DNA of 63,005 bases, counting the filler, from Folioceros fuciformis (lineage: Eukaryota), in assembly GCA_049999805.1 (NCBI GenBank). It is 3 parts of 3 records of this genome, joined end to end, with 100 filler letters (N's around TTAATTAATTAA, not from the genome) between each part and the next. Parts side by side here need not be neighbours in the genome. Positions count along the whole stretch, not along the records: positions 1 to 22,593 come from JBNGIO010006333.1; positions 22,694 to 46,651 come from JBNGIO010006337.1; 1 more part is not named here. One strand, given 5' to 3'. Shown here piece after piece: positions 12,160-25,234 of the stretch (positions within the stretch are counted from its first letter, which is position 1; every line of letters starts with the position of its first letter). The notes beneath the pieces are model-generated. The model was given only the letters and a program-made list of their open reading frames with translations, was not told the origin of the DNA and ran no database searches. A program made the translations under genes and the position numbers.

Positions 12160-15100
12160 ATGGCAGACGAGAAGAAGAAGGAGGAGCATCATGGGGGGAA
12201 GGCGGGATTCGAGCAGAAGGCGTTCGAGGCCCTGGAAAGGGATTTTCAGGAGGTATGGATTTGGTTGAGGCCTGCCTTGACTAGCTCGCTGTGCAGTTGT
12301 GCGGTGGCGGAGAAGGGATTGAGGTGCGTGCATGCACGGTGTTGGTGCAGGTTTTGCAAGAATTGCAGGGCGACAGGAGCCTGGATCGGTTTCGGGTGGA
12401 GTATGAGAAGCTGCACAGAGCGCTGAAGAAGTCTCATGGTTCGGAGTTTGAGAAGTCCTTTTTCTCCGAGCACAGGCTTGGAAGGATTTCTTTTTCTTTT
12501 TTTTTTCTTTTGTTTGTGACGCTACGGTGGCTCATGCGCCGATGTTCCGTGCAGAGAGTGAGAAAAGGTTGATAAAGAAGTGCCGGGAGCTCAATACTGA
12601 GATTCTGGCGAATGCGGGTAAGGTGCAAAATGCGCTGAAGCTGAATGAGGAGGACCAGAACACCATTATTGCGTTGAAGAAGGAGATCGACAAGGCATGG
12701 AAGATGGTGGATGCCTCCCAGGAAAAGGAGGCGAAGGCCAAAGACAATATTATGTAGGTCTTGGCGCTGGTGCTGGTACTGGTTGGTTCTGTGGATGGAT
12801 GCAAGTCTTGTAGTCAGATACGGATGTGGGTACGCTGTGGAGTTGTGTCTATACGTCTGCTCGTATACGTCTTTTTTTATCTTAAACATCATGTAGGGAG
12901 CTGAAAGCTGAGATTATAAACTTGAGCAAACTGGTTGAGCAAGGCGCTGATCTTAGCGTTGGACAAGATTCAGCGGTAGATTTCAGGGCATTTAGGGAGA
13001 TGTTGGAGGTCAAGATCGGTTTTCTGCCTGCTAATTTTGCAGCTGTTTGTTTTCCTGGCAGGTCAAGGACTTGGAGAAGGACAAGGATCGGCTGGCTAAA
13101 GAGAGGGATGCCCAGGTGCAACAGATTGTTCAATTGAGGAATGAACTTGTGGAGATGGAGGAGCGGTTCAGGGTTGCGGAGGCTGACAAGGCTACACTTC
13201 AGCATGAGCTTATTGGCCTGAAAGAGCAGGTTGCTGTTAAAAAAGCCGAATGTGAGAGGTAACCTTCTGACTTTATCGTGAGGTGGAAGGATTTTATTTG
13301 GCTTTGTCACTTGTGGTAAGTGAGAAGCCCTGGCCTTTGTCCAGAGAAGCGAAGAAGAAGGAACGTATGGAAAAGGAGATGAAAGAGCTGAAGATGACAC
13401 TTGATGGAAGGCAGACTGAGATCAGGCAGAAACAGTTAACTATCACGCAGGGTCAGGAGCAGGTTACCAAACTGGAGTCAATGTTAAGAGAGCAGAAGCA
13501 GGCATCAGAAAAAGCTCAAAAGGAACTTGATCTTGTCACTCAGCAGGTATTGCTGCTGAAATGAGTGGTGGAACGCTGGTCGTCTTGTTCTGGAGTCTGA
13601 TGGATAAGATTTGATGAACACCCTGTGGTTTTATCGGCATTATAACAAGTGGCTCTGCGGGTAAGAGAGCGTCACCCTCTGCGCTGATGATTGGACTCTT
13701 TCTGTATGGCAGGTTACAAAACTTACAACTGACCTTGAAGATCAGATTCTCAACAATACCACGCTCCTAGCAGAGAATAGTCAGAGACAGGTTGAACTCA
13801 AGCTTAAGGATGATGAGATTGAAACAGTAAAGGCGGAGGTTTTTCGTGTAAACAAGGTCTGCAGGCACAGCTGAGAATCATGCCATTTTGTGACTTTCTT
13901 GTGTTCTTGTGTTCTCATTTTCTCTCCTTACCTATTCCTATCTTCTTGTTGCACAAGTGTTCAGCTTCGAGATGCAACTGTTCTCAAACTGAAGGCACTC
14001 GAGAAAATGAAGGAAGAGAGTGAGCAAGAAAGGGAGGAACTGCGCGCTGAGATACTTTCTCTTGAGAAAGACGTTGAAGCACAGAAAAAGCTCGTGGAGC
14101 AGGAACACAGACGACAGGATGAGCTTTGTCGAGAGCGTGATGTGTTGAACAAGATGAAGACTCAGGTGCTGCTCTCATCCTGTCGTTAGTCAGTTTGTTT
14201 GTCAGGTATCACAGCTCACCAGTGTATTGTTGGTATTTGTGTGAAACAGGCAGAAGCTTCAACGCAGAAACAGGCTGATCTGGTGAAGATAAACGAAGCC
14301 ACGAAGAATAATTTGGAGCTGGAGATCAATATGTATAAATATGCGGCTCAGAAGCAGGATAAGCAGATTGCAAAGTTGGAAAAGGAAAGGCAAAAGTTTG
14401 GTGCTGAAGCCTCGCAAGCTGCATCCAAATACATGCAGGTAGGAAATAGTTGGAAGTGGGTTTTGTCAGTGGGGCGACACTCTTTTGGAGAGGAACATGT
14501 CCCTCAGGTATATACTGTGAAACTTACATTTCTTCTCACAGGCTCTGGACGAGGTTAGGGCAAGGGAAATGAGTATCGTAGATCTTCAGAAAAAGGTTCT
14601 TGAGGGTGAAAATAAGCTCAAGCAGCAACAGACTGCGTATGAAGCTGTACGGAGTGAAAGGAACCTGTATAGCAAGACGCTACTGGAAGTTCAGGATGAG
14701 ATTCAGGAGCTGAAACGTAAATTCAAAATCATGACTCATCACATCGAGAATTTGAAGGAGGAAATCAATTCAAAGGATCTTGCGTTAATCAAGGAACATT
14801 ACGACCATACCAAGGTGGACTTAATTCCGGTGGTTCCCGTGGTCTTTCTCCTTGGATCAAGTGCCAACAGTTAATCAGGACCTCAGATATCCAAGTGTGT
14901 GTTTCCAGGTTGAGAAGGAAAAGGAGGTGTTGAAGCTTGAGCTTAGCAAATCGACTGCAAGTATCAAAGAGGTGGAGGCCCAAATCTCAGAATACCAGGC
15001 CCAGATTGAGAACCTCAATCACATCATCAATGAAGCAGACGATGAGGGCCAACGTCAAAAGAAAGAGCTTGAAATCATTAAGCACGAGCGTGACCTTCTA

Positions 15101-16227
15101 GGCGCACAGGTGACTCTCCACGGAAGGTGCACATGAGCTGTTGTATTTGCAGGCTCCCTGTACTGTCCAATCGATCCCTTCTGAACCGATCTGCAAATAC
15201 AGCTCATCCGCAGGAATGAGGAGCTCGCTCTGCTCTATGAGAAGATACGGATTCAGCAGTCAACTCTAAACAAAGGACAAATTCAGTATCGGGACAGGTT
15301 GAATGAACTAAGGATCCTCAAAATTAAAATGACAGACTTGAAAAGGGAGCATTGTCTTTTGTCGGGTTCTGTCAAAAATTTGGACGTGCTGAAGAAGGAA
15401 GTGCACAACCTGAATAGAGAACTTCTTCAAGAGCGCACGAAGGTACCAACCTGTTTTCATCGTTTAGTACTTGGTAGAATTGGCTAGCATCGCACGATGA
15501 CACGAATCCTTGGTTTAATCAGGTCAAGGCTTTATCGGAAGAACTTGAAACTCCTCTCAATGTGCATCGCTGGCGCAAACTGGAGGGCACGGATCCAGCA
15601 GCTTATGAGATGATACTCAAGATCCAGACTTTACAAAAGCGTCTCATACTCAAGACAGAGGAGGTGACGCACGTCCACTTTGCCTTGCCCTGGTCACTTC
15701 TAGCTCCTCAAGCCAAGGTGACGTTCATGGATGTAAGGAGTTGGTGCTTTATCTGCAGGTTGTAGAGAAGGACCTCCTTATCCAAGAGAAGGAGAAATTA
15801 TATATTGAATTGCGGAGTATTTTGGCCCGACAGCCTGGCCCTGAGCTGCAGGAACAGCTTGCAATGTACGCCAAGAACTTGCGGGAGAAGACTCGGCAAA
15901 TGAAGGCAATGGCCTCTGAGCTTAGCATGTACCAGGTATACGAATCTCTGTTCTTGTCTGAGACGGAGGCATGACCAGGATTTTGAAACCCATGCTGCCG
16001 TTGGGCTGCAGACGCAGGTAAATGAATACAAATTCGAGATTGAGCGATTGAACGGTGAGGTTGATGCGACCAAGAAGAAGTATTTTGAATTCAAGAAGAA
16101 GGAGCTTGCTGAAAAGGAGAGGAAGAAGTCCGTGCAGGTTGGCCAAACAATCACTTCTGCTCAGCATCCAATGGTTTTCGGTGGTGGATATAATATGAGC
16201 GCTCCTATACCCTCGATTGCGGGATGA
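12160..16227 (+). CDS. CFAP58: Cilia- and flagella-associated protein 58 (CCDC147/FAP189)
   Basis: Multi-exon coiled-coil gene: AFEALERDFQEVLQELQGDRSLDRFRVEYEKLHRALKKSH, YEAVRSERNLYSK, NVHRWRKLEGTDP, ILARQPGPE, FGGGYNM near the C-terminus. Confidence 0.93.
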
Positions 16228-16879
16228 AATGAGATCAGCTGGTGTACCACTGTTCGTACTCTCCTCATCCCGTTGCCAGAATTGCAGGGCAGGGTTACTG
16301 TATGCTAGAATCTCTGTCAACACATCCATTGGGAAGTCTTGAATGTTTGCTGGCGTCAAAAGATTCAAGGCATTTTGCAAGGATTTTGCTACGCGGCTTC
16401 ACAAAATAGTTAAGAACTGGAATGAGATGAATAGACTTGGGTTTCGGGCACACAGTTGGGGTGTATCGATCAAGACTGAGAGAGAGACTTGACGCGGTCT
16501 TACTTGTCGGTCTTAATTTCATATATAGCAACACGGTATGCATTTATGGTTTTGGTACCCGTCACCTGTCAGCAGTGCGAAGGTTTGGTCATGGGCAGCG
16601 CTCGTCCTCATGGATATTCAATAATAGTTCAGTCGACTCCGTCATTGAAGGGGTTTTTTTTCGAAGTCCGAATGTGAAAAGTTGCGAGAAAGCACACTTG
16701 AGGATTGTCCTGTAAATCAATTTCCATTTCTACACCGGGTGCCAATTCCTCATCCGTCGATTATGAGCCCATTTTTATTTTATGCGTGCCAATCCTATTA
16801 GAAAATATATGGATCAAATCTTATTTGAAAAAAATTATCCCAAATCTTTATTAAGAGGAATTATAAAATTGGACATTAG

Positions 16880-17650
16880 AAGTAAGGATGATAGTTCACG
16901 ACATGGCTCTTACACTTGAAATACTTATGTTACTCTATTCACCACTTATGTTACTCAATTCACAAGAGAGAAAGGCCAACTATTATACTACCCACTTCAC
17001 CATAAAGAATGGCCAACTCTTATGCTACTTACTTCACTATAGAGAATGGCCCAACCTCTTCTTGAGGCTCTTGATGATACTATCCCATATACTACCTATC
17101 TTGAGTAACTATCTCACTTAGGCTACAAACAAAGTTCTTATACCACTCATTCATGTGGTTGTATATTGTATGAATATTTAACTGCTAATGTGCATATTTA
17201 GTTGTTAATATAGAACACTTATCATTTTAATGCGTTGTCTTAAGCCACTTACTTATGTCATTTTCACTCAACATATCCAAATTAACCCCTTAAGCCAAGT
17301 ATTTTGTTGTTTAGACTCAAGCCTTTAGTCAAGATATCGGTTGGAATATCTTTTATCAAACAATGCTCGAAGTATACTTACTTTGATTTCATCTTTTCTC
17401 AAGGGAAGTGGTGTTTTGCTTTAATATGCTTTGTCTTGGCATGTAATGTTGCATTCTTGGCTAAGAAAATCCAACTTTGATTGTCAGAGAAGATTTTTAT
17501 CCCTTCATTCTCTTTCAATGCCAACTCTTCTAGCAAGTTGCATATGCAACCACATTGCCTCCATTGCTGCAAAGCATGAAGATAGTTATGTATTCTACTT
17601 CGATAGAGAATAAACCTATAGAAAGTTCTCCCTTAGTGTTCCAACATGTC
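16880..17650 (-). mobile_element. Degenerate Copia RNase H, PPT and probable 3' LTR remnant
   Basis: Minus strand reads EVEYI...EAMWL..LLEEL...IFSDNQS..FLAKNATLHAKTKHI..KHHF...DILTKGL, followed by purine-rich TTAAGGGG and TGTTGAG; LTR extent approximate. Confidence 0.7.
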
Positions 17651-18549
17651 TAGCCATAAAAAATCAAGTGGTAGGTCTAGGCCCCACTGATGCACTAGTG
17701 GAGCTGCCATGCTTTATGAGTTACATCCCATGGCATGTGCACGTGTATATGGGCAACATCTACATATGCTTGAACAGGGCATTGACAACTAGAGAAATAG
17801 AGCAACATGGGCAAGCCATTCTTTTTCGTCGCAAAAGAGCAGACTCGGGGTGTAGATCAAGAGCAAACTCCCGTCCTCAATTATAAGGTCTAATGTAGAT
17901 AGCTCAAACCACTATACTATGCACAATATTCTATACGATGACACATATATCTAAAATAAAATAATCACTAACATATGCCTCTAAAGCCCCTCCGCTTCTT
18001 CTTCTTCCGAAGGTGTAAAGAGGTAGATGTGTGTGTATGTGATTGTAAGTGAAAAAGGATTGGCCACGATTTGCAATTGCAAGAGCCTAAGCACCATGGA
18101 TTTGAAGGTTGGAGGTAATAGGGACATTGAGGCCTATAGTGCTATGTTTCCACAACAGAGCCCTATGGGCCTCAGTGGAATGGAAAATAATTGCATAGAG
18201 TAGCAAAAACATGAAAGCCATGATACTCATTTAGAGGAAAAAATATGCACGTAATCGTCTACCATTGTCCTCTACGCATTCTTTTTGCCACCTCCTACAT
18301 GCTAAGTGACTTTCTTCCTTTTCCCCTTAGGAGGAGAAAAGAAAGGTCTCAACCTAACTATGTTTATTCCAAGCAACAGTATATAACACTTTTGTGACAA
18401 TAGTGTAACAAAAACTGCAACATAGTATGATAGGGGCCAATACTAGTCTCCAACAAAAGTGTTACAAAGTGTTATATACTGTAACAAAAACTGTTACATG
18501 AGTGTTACAAAACACCTTCCAATGTAGTAGTGTTTGTCCTTCAGCTGGT

Positions 18550-20520
18550 ATAAAAGGTTGTAATGGTCTGCACTCAAGTTGTTCCTCCTTCTCCTACATT
18601 TGGGCTACAAGTTGCTTCACAGCCAACAAAGTATTATGCACAAGGACATCACCCTCAAACACAATGGCATCGTGCATATACACACAATCCCAAATGTCCT
18701 TACACCTTTGTGCGACACTCAATAGTTTCTTTTCCTTCAATTCCTTATACATAGACTTATGAGGTTTCATTGGAGGTGATATGCTTGGGGTACAATACTC
18801 ATCCAATGAATGTAATAAAATAGTCTCACTATCTTGTGGACAATGAAGCCAATTTAACTATAACGTTGGGTTCACTTCCTCACCTTCTTTTCTATTAGTA
18901 AATGCAAACTTGTGATTAAGGGTTGACGTATGAGTAAACATCCTAAGGACCTGTTGAACTTTTACAACGTGCTAACATAAAAAAGCTTGTTGTTTTTGTA
19001 CGCAGCAGCAAGTTGCCCACATGAACATTGGATTGGTGATCACGTAAGCTGGCTTATAAGGATTTGTTGTAGATATACACTTTGCAACTCTATAAGGCTC
19101 CACAGGAAGGGTCAACACATTATCAAGGATATCATTTGCACTAGCTCCTGCATACTTTTGTAGTTGTTCTCTTTTAGTGTTGACATTGTAACCTCCCTCC
19201 TTACAATGATTTTGGTACAAAAATGAATAGCAATTACAAAACACAATTAGTGCAACAACCAATCAACTAGGCGAGCATGAATGCCTACTTTTGAGTTAGC
19301 TAACCTCCCCTTCGAGAATTTATGCCAAGCTTCAGTAGAGGAGGCACAACCCTATCTAACATGAGGTATTGTGCAAGCTGCCTTTATAAATATATTTGGA
19401 AAAGTACAATTCATTTAAAATGAACACAATTAATACACTTCACAAACGAAATTTTGTAGACTTTTTGTAGAAGAGTTAAAAAAAACACTTATCTAGCTGG
19501 CCTTCCCAAGTATGTCGAATGTAATCCACAAATTGGTGTTGTGTTTGGCTCCACTTACTGTAAAATGCTAGGAGAAGCTCCGTCCTAAAGCAAGTCCTCC
19601 CTTGTTTGTCCCCCTTAAATATACATAATTTGTTTTAACTCAACCCACATAGCTTGCATGTCCTGCACATTCTTCACTTTCTTCAGCAAATTGCATAGCT
19701 TGGCACAACGAATGAGCCATAAACATAAAAAGATTGGCACATCACATAACCAAACTTCACTTAAAGCATCTATTTCTGCAATACAATCATCAACCAAGAA
19801 GGCGGCAAGCAATCAATTTGGAACTGCTTGTAGAACTCTTATGTGAAATGTCATAAGCCATGTAACTAATGATTTTGTAATTGTCTCTAGTGTGAGAGCC
19901 CAATCTACAAGAATCGACTCCTGGTGTTGGTCAACTACTATGACAGTAAATAATTAATACTTGGATCTGTTTACCTCAAAAGTGGAGTGCATTGCAAGCA
20001 AACTATTGTGCCCATGTTGGACACAAGTTTCTAACATGAAAGATGTTTGTAAGCCAAGGCAAAAAGATTCTCCTTCAGTAGATCTATGGAACACATACCC
20101 TGTATGTAAATGCATCCACATTCCCATACTAAGGTTATCATCGTCATGATACCTCCATTGTATCTTGTCCACCTCCCTGGCTATATTGTAGACATCGTCC
20201 CGTATAAGGAAGTCATCTCGTACCTTCACATAGGGAACTTCATGATTTGATAAAGCAAACGGACAACACTTAGCTATAATAGCCTGCTGATGACGACAAA
20301 AAATCTCATCAACTGATACATGACAATTTAAACAGTGCCTCACCCAAGCTCTCTTCTCCGTTTAGCCATAAGAATAACTTTTTCACAATAAGACTAGCTT
20401 GACAACCATATTTGATGTATGGTCTAGCTTTCAATCGTGATCGCCTCTTGGTTTGTGGGGGGTGCATAGGCCAACCCTGAGCGCTAGTTGCTGTGGTCAA
20501 ACGATAACCTTCATAGGCAC
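18550..20520 (-). mobile_element. Degenerate Mutator (MULE) transposase with SWIM zinc finger
   Basis: RDDFLIRDDVYNI, HGHNSLLAMHSTFEVNRSKY*LFTVIVVD, FLVDDCIAEIDAL, FLCLWLIR, WATCCC...FLC*HV (SWIM); many stops; termini not identified. Confidence 0.8.
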
Positions 20521-20699
20521 ATCAATACGTGTACAATCAACGTGTAAGTGAGAAGGCAACCCGTTTATGAAATTCATACTTCTGGGATAGACACTAGAAG
20601 CTAGAATATGAAGCAAGTCATTTTTTATTAGCATCCTAATCAATTTATATTTAAATAAAAAAATACATACAATTTTATTTATCTTGTTAAGACAAACGG

Positions 20700-21120
20700 A
20701 TTGGTATAGAGCATGAGACGGTAAGTGAAGATTGAAGAAAGAAACGAACATCCAAAGCCAAACCATGAAGAAAGCCATTTCTTCTAGCATCATGGTATCA
20801 TGAATTGTAAAATAGACATAAAACACATCATTTGTTTGTTTTGTTAAAAAAAAAAAAATTGATATACAGTATGAGAAGATTAGTGAAGACTGAAGAAAGA
20901 AATAAGCATCGAAAGTCAGATTTGAAGAAAGCCTTTTCTTGCAGGATCAGGATTAAATATGTTATGAACTATGCATAAAATACACCATTCTATTTGGCTT
21001 GCTGAGACAAAGAGATTGGTGTATAGTATAAGACGATTAGTGAAGACTGGAGAAAGAAATGAGCATCCAAAGTAAGAATATGAAAAATGCCTTTTCTTGT
21101 AGAATCATTATGAAATATGC
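20700..21120. repeat. Diverged ~150-bp tandem repeat, about 3 copies
   Basis: Core agtgaaga(t/c)t(g/a)aagaaagaaa...catc...gccttttctt recurs at ~20724, ~20882 and ~21039. Confidence 0.65.
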
Positions 21121-21543
21121 TCAAAATTGAATACATTGCATATTGGTTAGATTCGTCTTAACAAGAAAAACAATTTGGAATGTCATTTGATAAAAATATA
21201 GTCTAGTAGAGCAAGCCTTGCCATTATAAAATGCAAGGTAGTGACGACATCGCGTAGAATTGAGAATGAAATAAAAGAAGCAATTTTGCAATCCAAAACC
21301 CATGTATCTAACTACAATGATAGAAGAATTTGCTTTAGGCTAGCGTTGTTGTAGTAATTGACTTGGCCCCTTTGTCCATACATAAGCAAAATTTGTAGGT
21401 GCTTCACGCTCGCTGTTCATTCCTCCTAGAAAATCCTAAACTCTTTTCTGAGGAATGTGGGAGATTGTAGCCTACTTTACACATCCTGGAGTTGAAGAAT
21501 GTTTGTACAACAATTTTTGCCATGTGAGATGCCATTTCTGAAA

Positions 21544-21835
21544 TGGGCTCGAATGTAGTATTTCTATTGAGAAGGGCTATCATAAATCCTTAGTAAATCA
21601 AAATCCATGACTGCTAACATATTATTATTTGGTGGTTAGCAATACCACACATCATTTGCTAGTAAGCTCAACTCCCACTAGCTATGTCCAATTTCGGGCT
21701 TGAACGTGGTACTTCTATTGAAAAAGGATAAATCCTTGGCAAATCAAAATCCATGACTACTAACACACGATTATTTGGTCGTTAGTAATAGCACTCATTA
21801 CTTGTTTGTAAGCTCAGCTCCCGCAAGCTATGTCC
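21544..21835. repeat. ~150-bp tandem duplication
   Basis: gggct...ttctattga...aaatcaaaatccatgact...gctatgtcca occurs twice (~21544 and ~21696). Confidence 0.75.
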
Positions 21836-21900
21836 ATATAACAAGCTCCAATTTGGCAGCATTTCCATGCAAGTAAATCAATGTAGCCTGCATTATAGGG

Positions 21901-22316
21901 TGTAGGGTTATTAAAGCGCAATGTGCTTAGACTAATGTAATTATTCTAATTAGACTAATGTGATTATTCTAATTAGACTAATGTGATTAGTCTAATTAAA
22001 CTAATATGATTAGTCTAATTAAACTAGTGTGATAAGTTTAATTAGACTAATGTAATTAGTCTAAGATCAGTGTTTAATTAAGTATCATTAGCTTAAGCTA
22101 ATCTTTAGGAAGCTTCCTGCATAGCTTTCTGTGAGCTTCTTGTGAAGCTTCCTTGGGAGCTTTTCTAGAGGGTATAAATACCCTCTTGAGCTCCCTTTGC
22201 AATAGAGCTGTGAGAGACACTGTGAGACCTCTCTTTCTCCTCTCCTCTCCTCCTCCCTTCTTCTCTCCTCTCCTTCACCATGCTCCTCTAATGATCCTTT
22301 CAAGTGGTATCAGAGC
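21901..22316 (+). mobile_element. LTR (TG...CA, ~400 bp) followed by tRNA-Met primer-binding site; internal part runs into a gap
   Basis: TGTAGGG at 21901, TATAAATA at ~22173, TTTCA ending 22302, TGGTATCAGAGC at 22305-22316. Confidence 0.75.
21927..22064. repeat. Six tandem copies of a 23-bp palindrome inside the LTR
   Basis: Unit TTAGACTAAT-GTG-ATTAGTCTAA starting at 21927, 21950, 21973, 21996, 22019, 22042. Confidence 0.85.
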
Positions 22317-22593
22317 ATGAAACACTGGATTCTTTGCCAATTGAATAGCACTCTGGCTATCACAATGCAACACTAGCAGCTCAACCTTGATCCCTAAATC
22401 GCCCACTAGACAAGCAAGCCATATGGCTTCCTTGCATGCCTCAGTTGCTGCAACATACTCGGCCTATGTGGTAGATAGCATTATGCATGATTGCAAACGA
22501 GATCGCCATGAGACTACCCCTCATGTGCACATGAAGACGTAACCTCATGTGGACCTCCTTTTGTCCATATCCCCTGCATAATCAGCATCCGTA

Positions 22594-22693
22594 NNNNNNN
22601 NNNNNNNNNNNNNNNNNNNNNNNNNNNNNNNNNNNNNTTAATTAATTAANNNNNNNNNNNNNNNNNNNNNNNNNNNNNNNNNNNNNNNNNNNN
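22594..22693. other. Assembly gap with TTAATTAATTAA linker
   Basis: N-run/TTAATTAATTAA/N-run, a stop-in-all-frames scaffold linker; same pattern at 46652-46750. Confidence 0.9.
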
Positions 22694-23042
22694 TTGTCAC
22701 ACTCTGCCATGGCCGTGCCCGCGGCAGCGTTGCTGCGCCTGCCGGCCTGCCAGGTCCTGGTCCTGGCCCTGGCCCTGGCGACGGAGATGGACGCGCAGGA
22801 AGCCGGAGCCCCAGCACGGCGCGTTTGAGCCTGGCAGCTGCCGCTGTCTTGGAAAGAAGCAGATGCGGTGGCAGCTGCGCATTGTCGCATTCACTCATGC
22901 GCTGGATGCAGAGGAGGGAATGCTGGTTGTGGCAAGAGAGGAAGGAGGCGGACGCGGGAGGTAGGGGAAGAGGGGGAGGAGCAGTAGAAGTTGGAGTAGG
23001 TGTAGGAGGAGGAAGAGGTTCGGTGTAGAGGTGCTCTTGCCA

Positions 23043-25234
23043 ATGCCTTCTGCTGTGTTCTCGTCCGAGTCCGGGCTGGAGAGCGACAGTGTGCATAACA
23101 CGTCCTGTGCTTCTTCTGCGCATCCGCATCATCCCCGGAGCTTGTTCTCGCTTTCCGCGCAGCAGCAGCGCTACAGCGCCTTGCAAGCGTCCATGTCGTC
23201 TGGGGACAGCTTCATTCAGGCGCGGAATCTGTCCCTCGGCCACGGGTTCATGGCTAGCCGGGTGTGGAGTCCCTTCCCCGGCATTGCGCAGGGGCAGGGG
23301 GCGCACGACGTTTGCCCGCAGCCGGTGATGGTGGAGAAGGAGCTGGTGGCGGAGGAACACGACTCTAACAACGAGCACGGTGCCGGGGGCCTCGCGGAGC
23401 ACGACTACATGTCGGATGTGTCGTCCGCGCCGGCCGAGGAGAAGGAGAGGAGCGACTTTAAGGGGGACGACGCGTTGGATACCGACTCCAACCTCAACAT
23501 GCGGGAGACGGAGCTGAGGCTCGGCCCGCTCGGGCCGCCCCCGTCGGGGGAGGACGGCCGTTTGCCGCAGGCCGGGGCCAAGCGGGGGTTTTCGGAGGCC
23601 ATTGGTGGCTTGTCAGAATCCAAGCGCTCTCTGTCGGATCCGACGGAGGCTAAGCGCTCGTTTCCTGAAGCTACCAATGGAAGTGGGAATGGTAATGGGA
23701 ATGGGAGTGGCGCCGGGGATGCTGGAGAGCTGCGGGCCCGAAACGGCCCTCCCGGGAGCACGGCTCTTGCTATGAAGTCGCCTTGTTTCTCTGACCATGG
23801 CGGGCTCAAGGACTGCAGCGACGGCCGCCCTTGCTTCCCCTCGCTCTTCGGCGTCTACTCTGCGGCCAAGCTTGGCGTGGCCGGGCCCGTGCCCATGCCC
23901 GTGGATGCGGATGGCAAGCTAGGGAGCGGGAAGCATCCTTCGGGTTTCCGGGTCCCCAGCCTGCCTCCTCCATGGCAGGGTCTGGAGCAGTCAGCGGGCT
24001 CGTTCGGGCCTTTTCCGTCACAAAAGTCCCCTATAGAGGCGCCTCCTCCTGCCAAGTTCATCGGAGAAGGGGGTAGCATGTGCGGCCGTGACATGAGCTT
24101 CTCTTGGGAGAACAACAGGGTGTCAAGAAGCAGCGCGGGCGACACTACTGCTACCTCCGGCCAGTGCAGCGCCTTCGCTTCCGAGGGTTCCTCGGTTGAG
24201 AGTGGAAGGAAGGGTGTTGCACCCCCTTCCGAGGTGGCTGCGTCTCCTGTCGGCAGGTGTGGTCGGCCGCGTGATATTCGTTTTCTTGGAGTGGGGTTTG
24301 TTGGGAATTGTAATGGAGCTGATCGTGGAGTGATTGGATTGGATGCAGATCGGCGCCTGTGGTAGGATGGCCGCCCGTCCGCGCTGTTAGGAAGAGCAGC
24401 GTGCCTAGTCCTCCGCCTCTGAAGGGTGGCGAGAACCTGTGTGCCTCGGCCTCACCGGGCAAGGCGACGCTGGCCTCTCCTTCGGTGCCCAGGCCTGTCC
24501 TGGAGGGTTTGCCCAAGGTGATGCGGCCTTCCGCGGACGCGGGGCCAAGGGCCAGCAGCAATCCTTCTCCTACGGCGGTGTCGTCCAACTATTGCTTCGT
24601 GAAGGTGTACATGGACGGGATTCCATTCGGGCGGAAGGTGGACCTGAGGATCCACAGCTGCTACGAGAAGTTGTCTGTGGTGCTGGAGGAGATGTTCACT
24701 CGCTACGGTAGGGTTTGCGTGTCCGATGGTTGCGTTGTGGCCATGTGCGACCATGTGGGTGAGCTGGGGATCATGCTAATAACGCTTGTGGTTCCGTGCA
24801 GTGGAGCAAAGCGCCACAGGTGATGGCAAGCCACTGAAGCTCCTTCAGGGTTCGGAGTACGTGCTCACCTACGAAGACCAAGACGGAGATTTAATGTTGG
24901 TTGGAGATGTGCCATGGACGTAAGTGAAGGGAAAGGCGTGTGTATGCTCAGTCACGCTGGATGGTGGAATGGTTTCCAATAGGAGTCTGATGGTGTTGTT
25001 TCCCGCTTGCTCTTGCGTTTCTGCAGCTTGTTCATTGGATCCGTGAAGCGCTTGCGCATCATGAAGCGGTCAGAAGCAGCCTGCATCCGTAAGTATTTTC
25101 AGTTGGCCGTCAAGGGTTGCGGTTGATGCTTTCCAAGAAGAAATGGGAGGTGATTTATGTGAGTGTGTGTTGGTGACGGCGGGTGTGCAGCTCCGAGGAA
25201 TAGCCCGAAGCTGTGGAAAGGAGGAGCGACTTGA
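23043..25234 (+). CDS. IAA: Canonical Aux/IAA auxin co-receptor/repressor with long N-terminal region
   Basis: Domain [13 protein letters not shown], degron [12 protein letters not shown]1 [17 protein letters not shown] and [20 protein letters not shown]...[12 protein letters not shown]; exons ~23043-24256, 24349-24707, 24802-24919, 25027-25088, 25191-25234. Confidence 0.95.

Noticed and set aside
11570-12333. Overlapping 180-229 aa GC-rich ORFs upstream of CFAP58
   Set aside because: Low-complexity Pro/Gly/Arg translations on both strands, typical of GC-rich 5' UTR/promoter DNA; no family motifs.
22638-22649. TTAATTAATTAA palindrome, also at ~46696
   Set aside because: Artificial scaffold linker between N runs.
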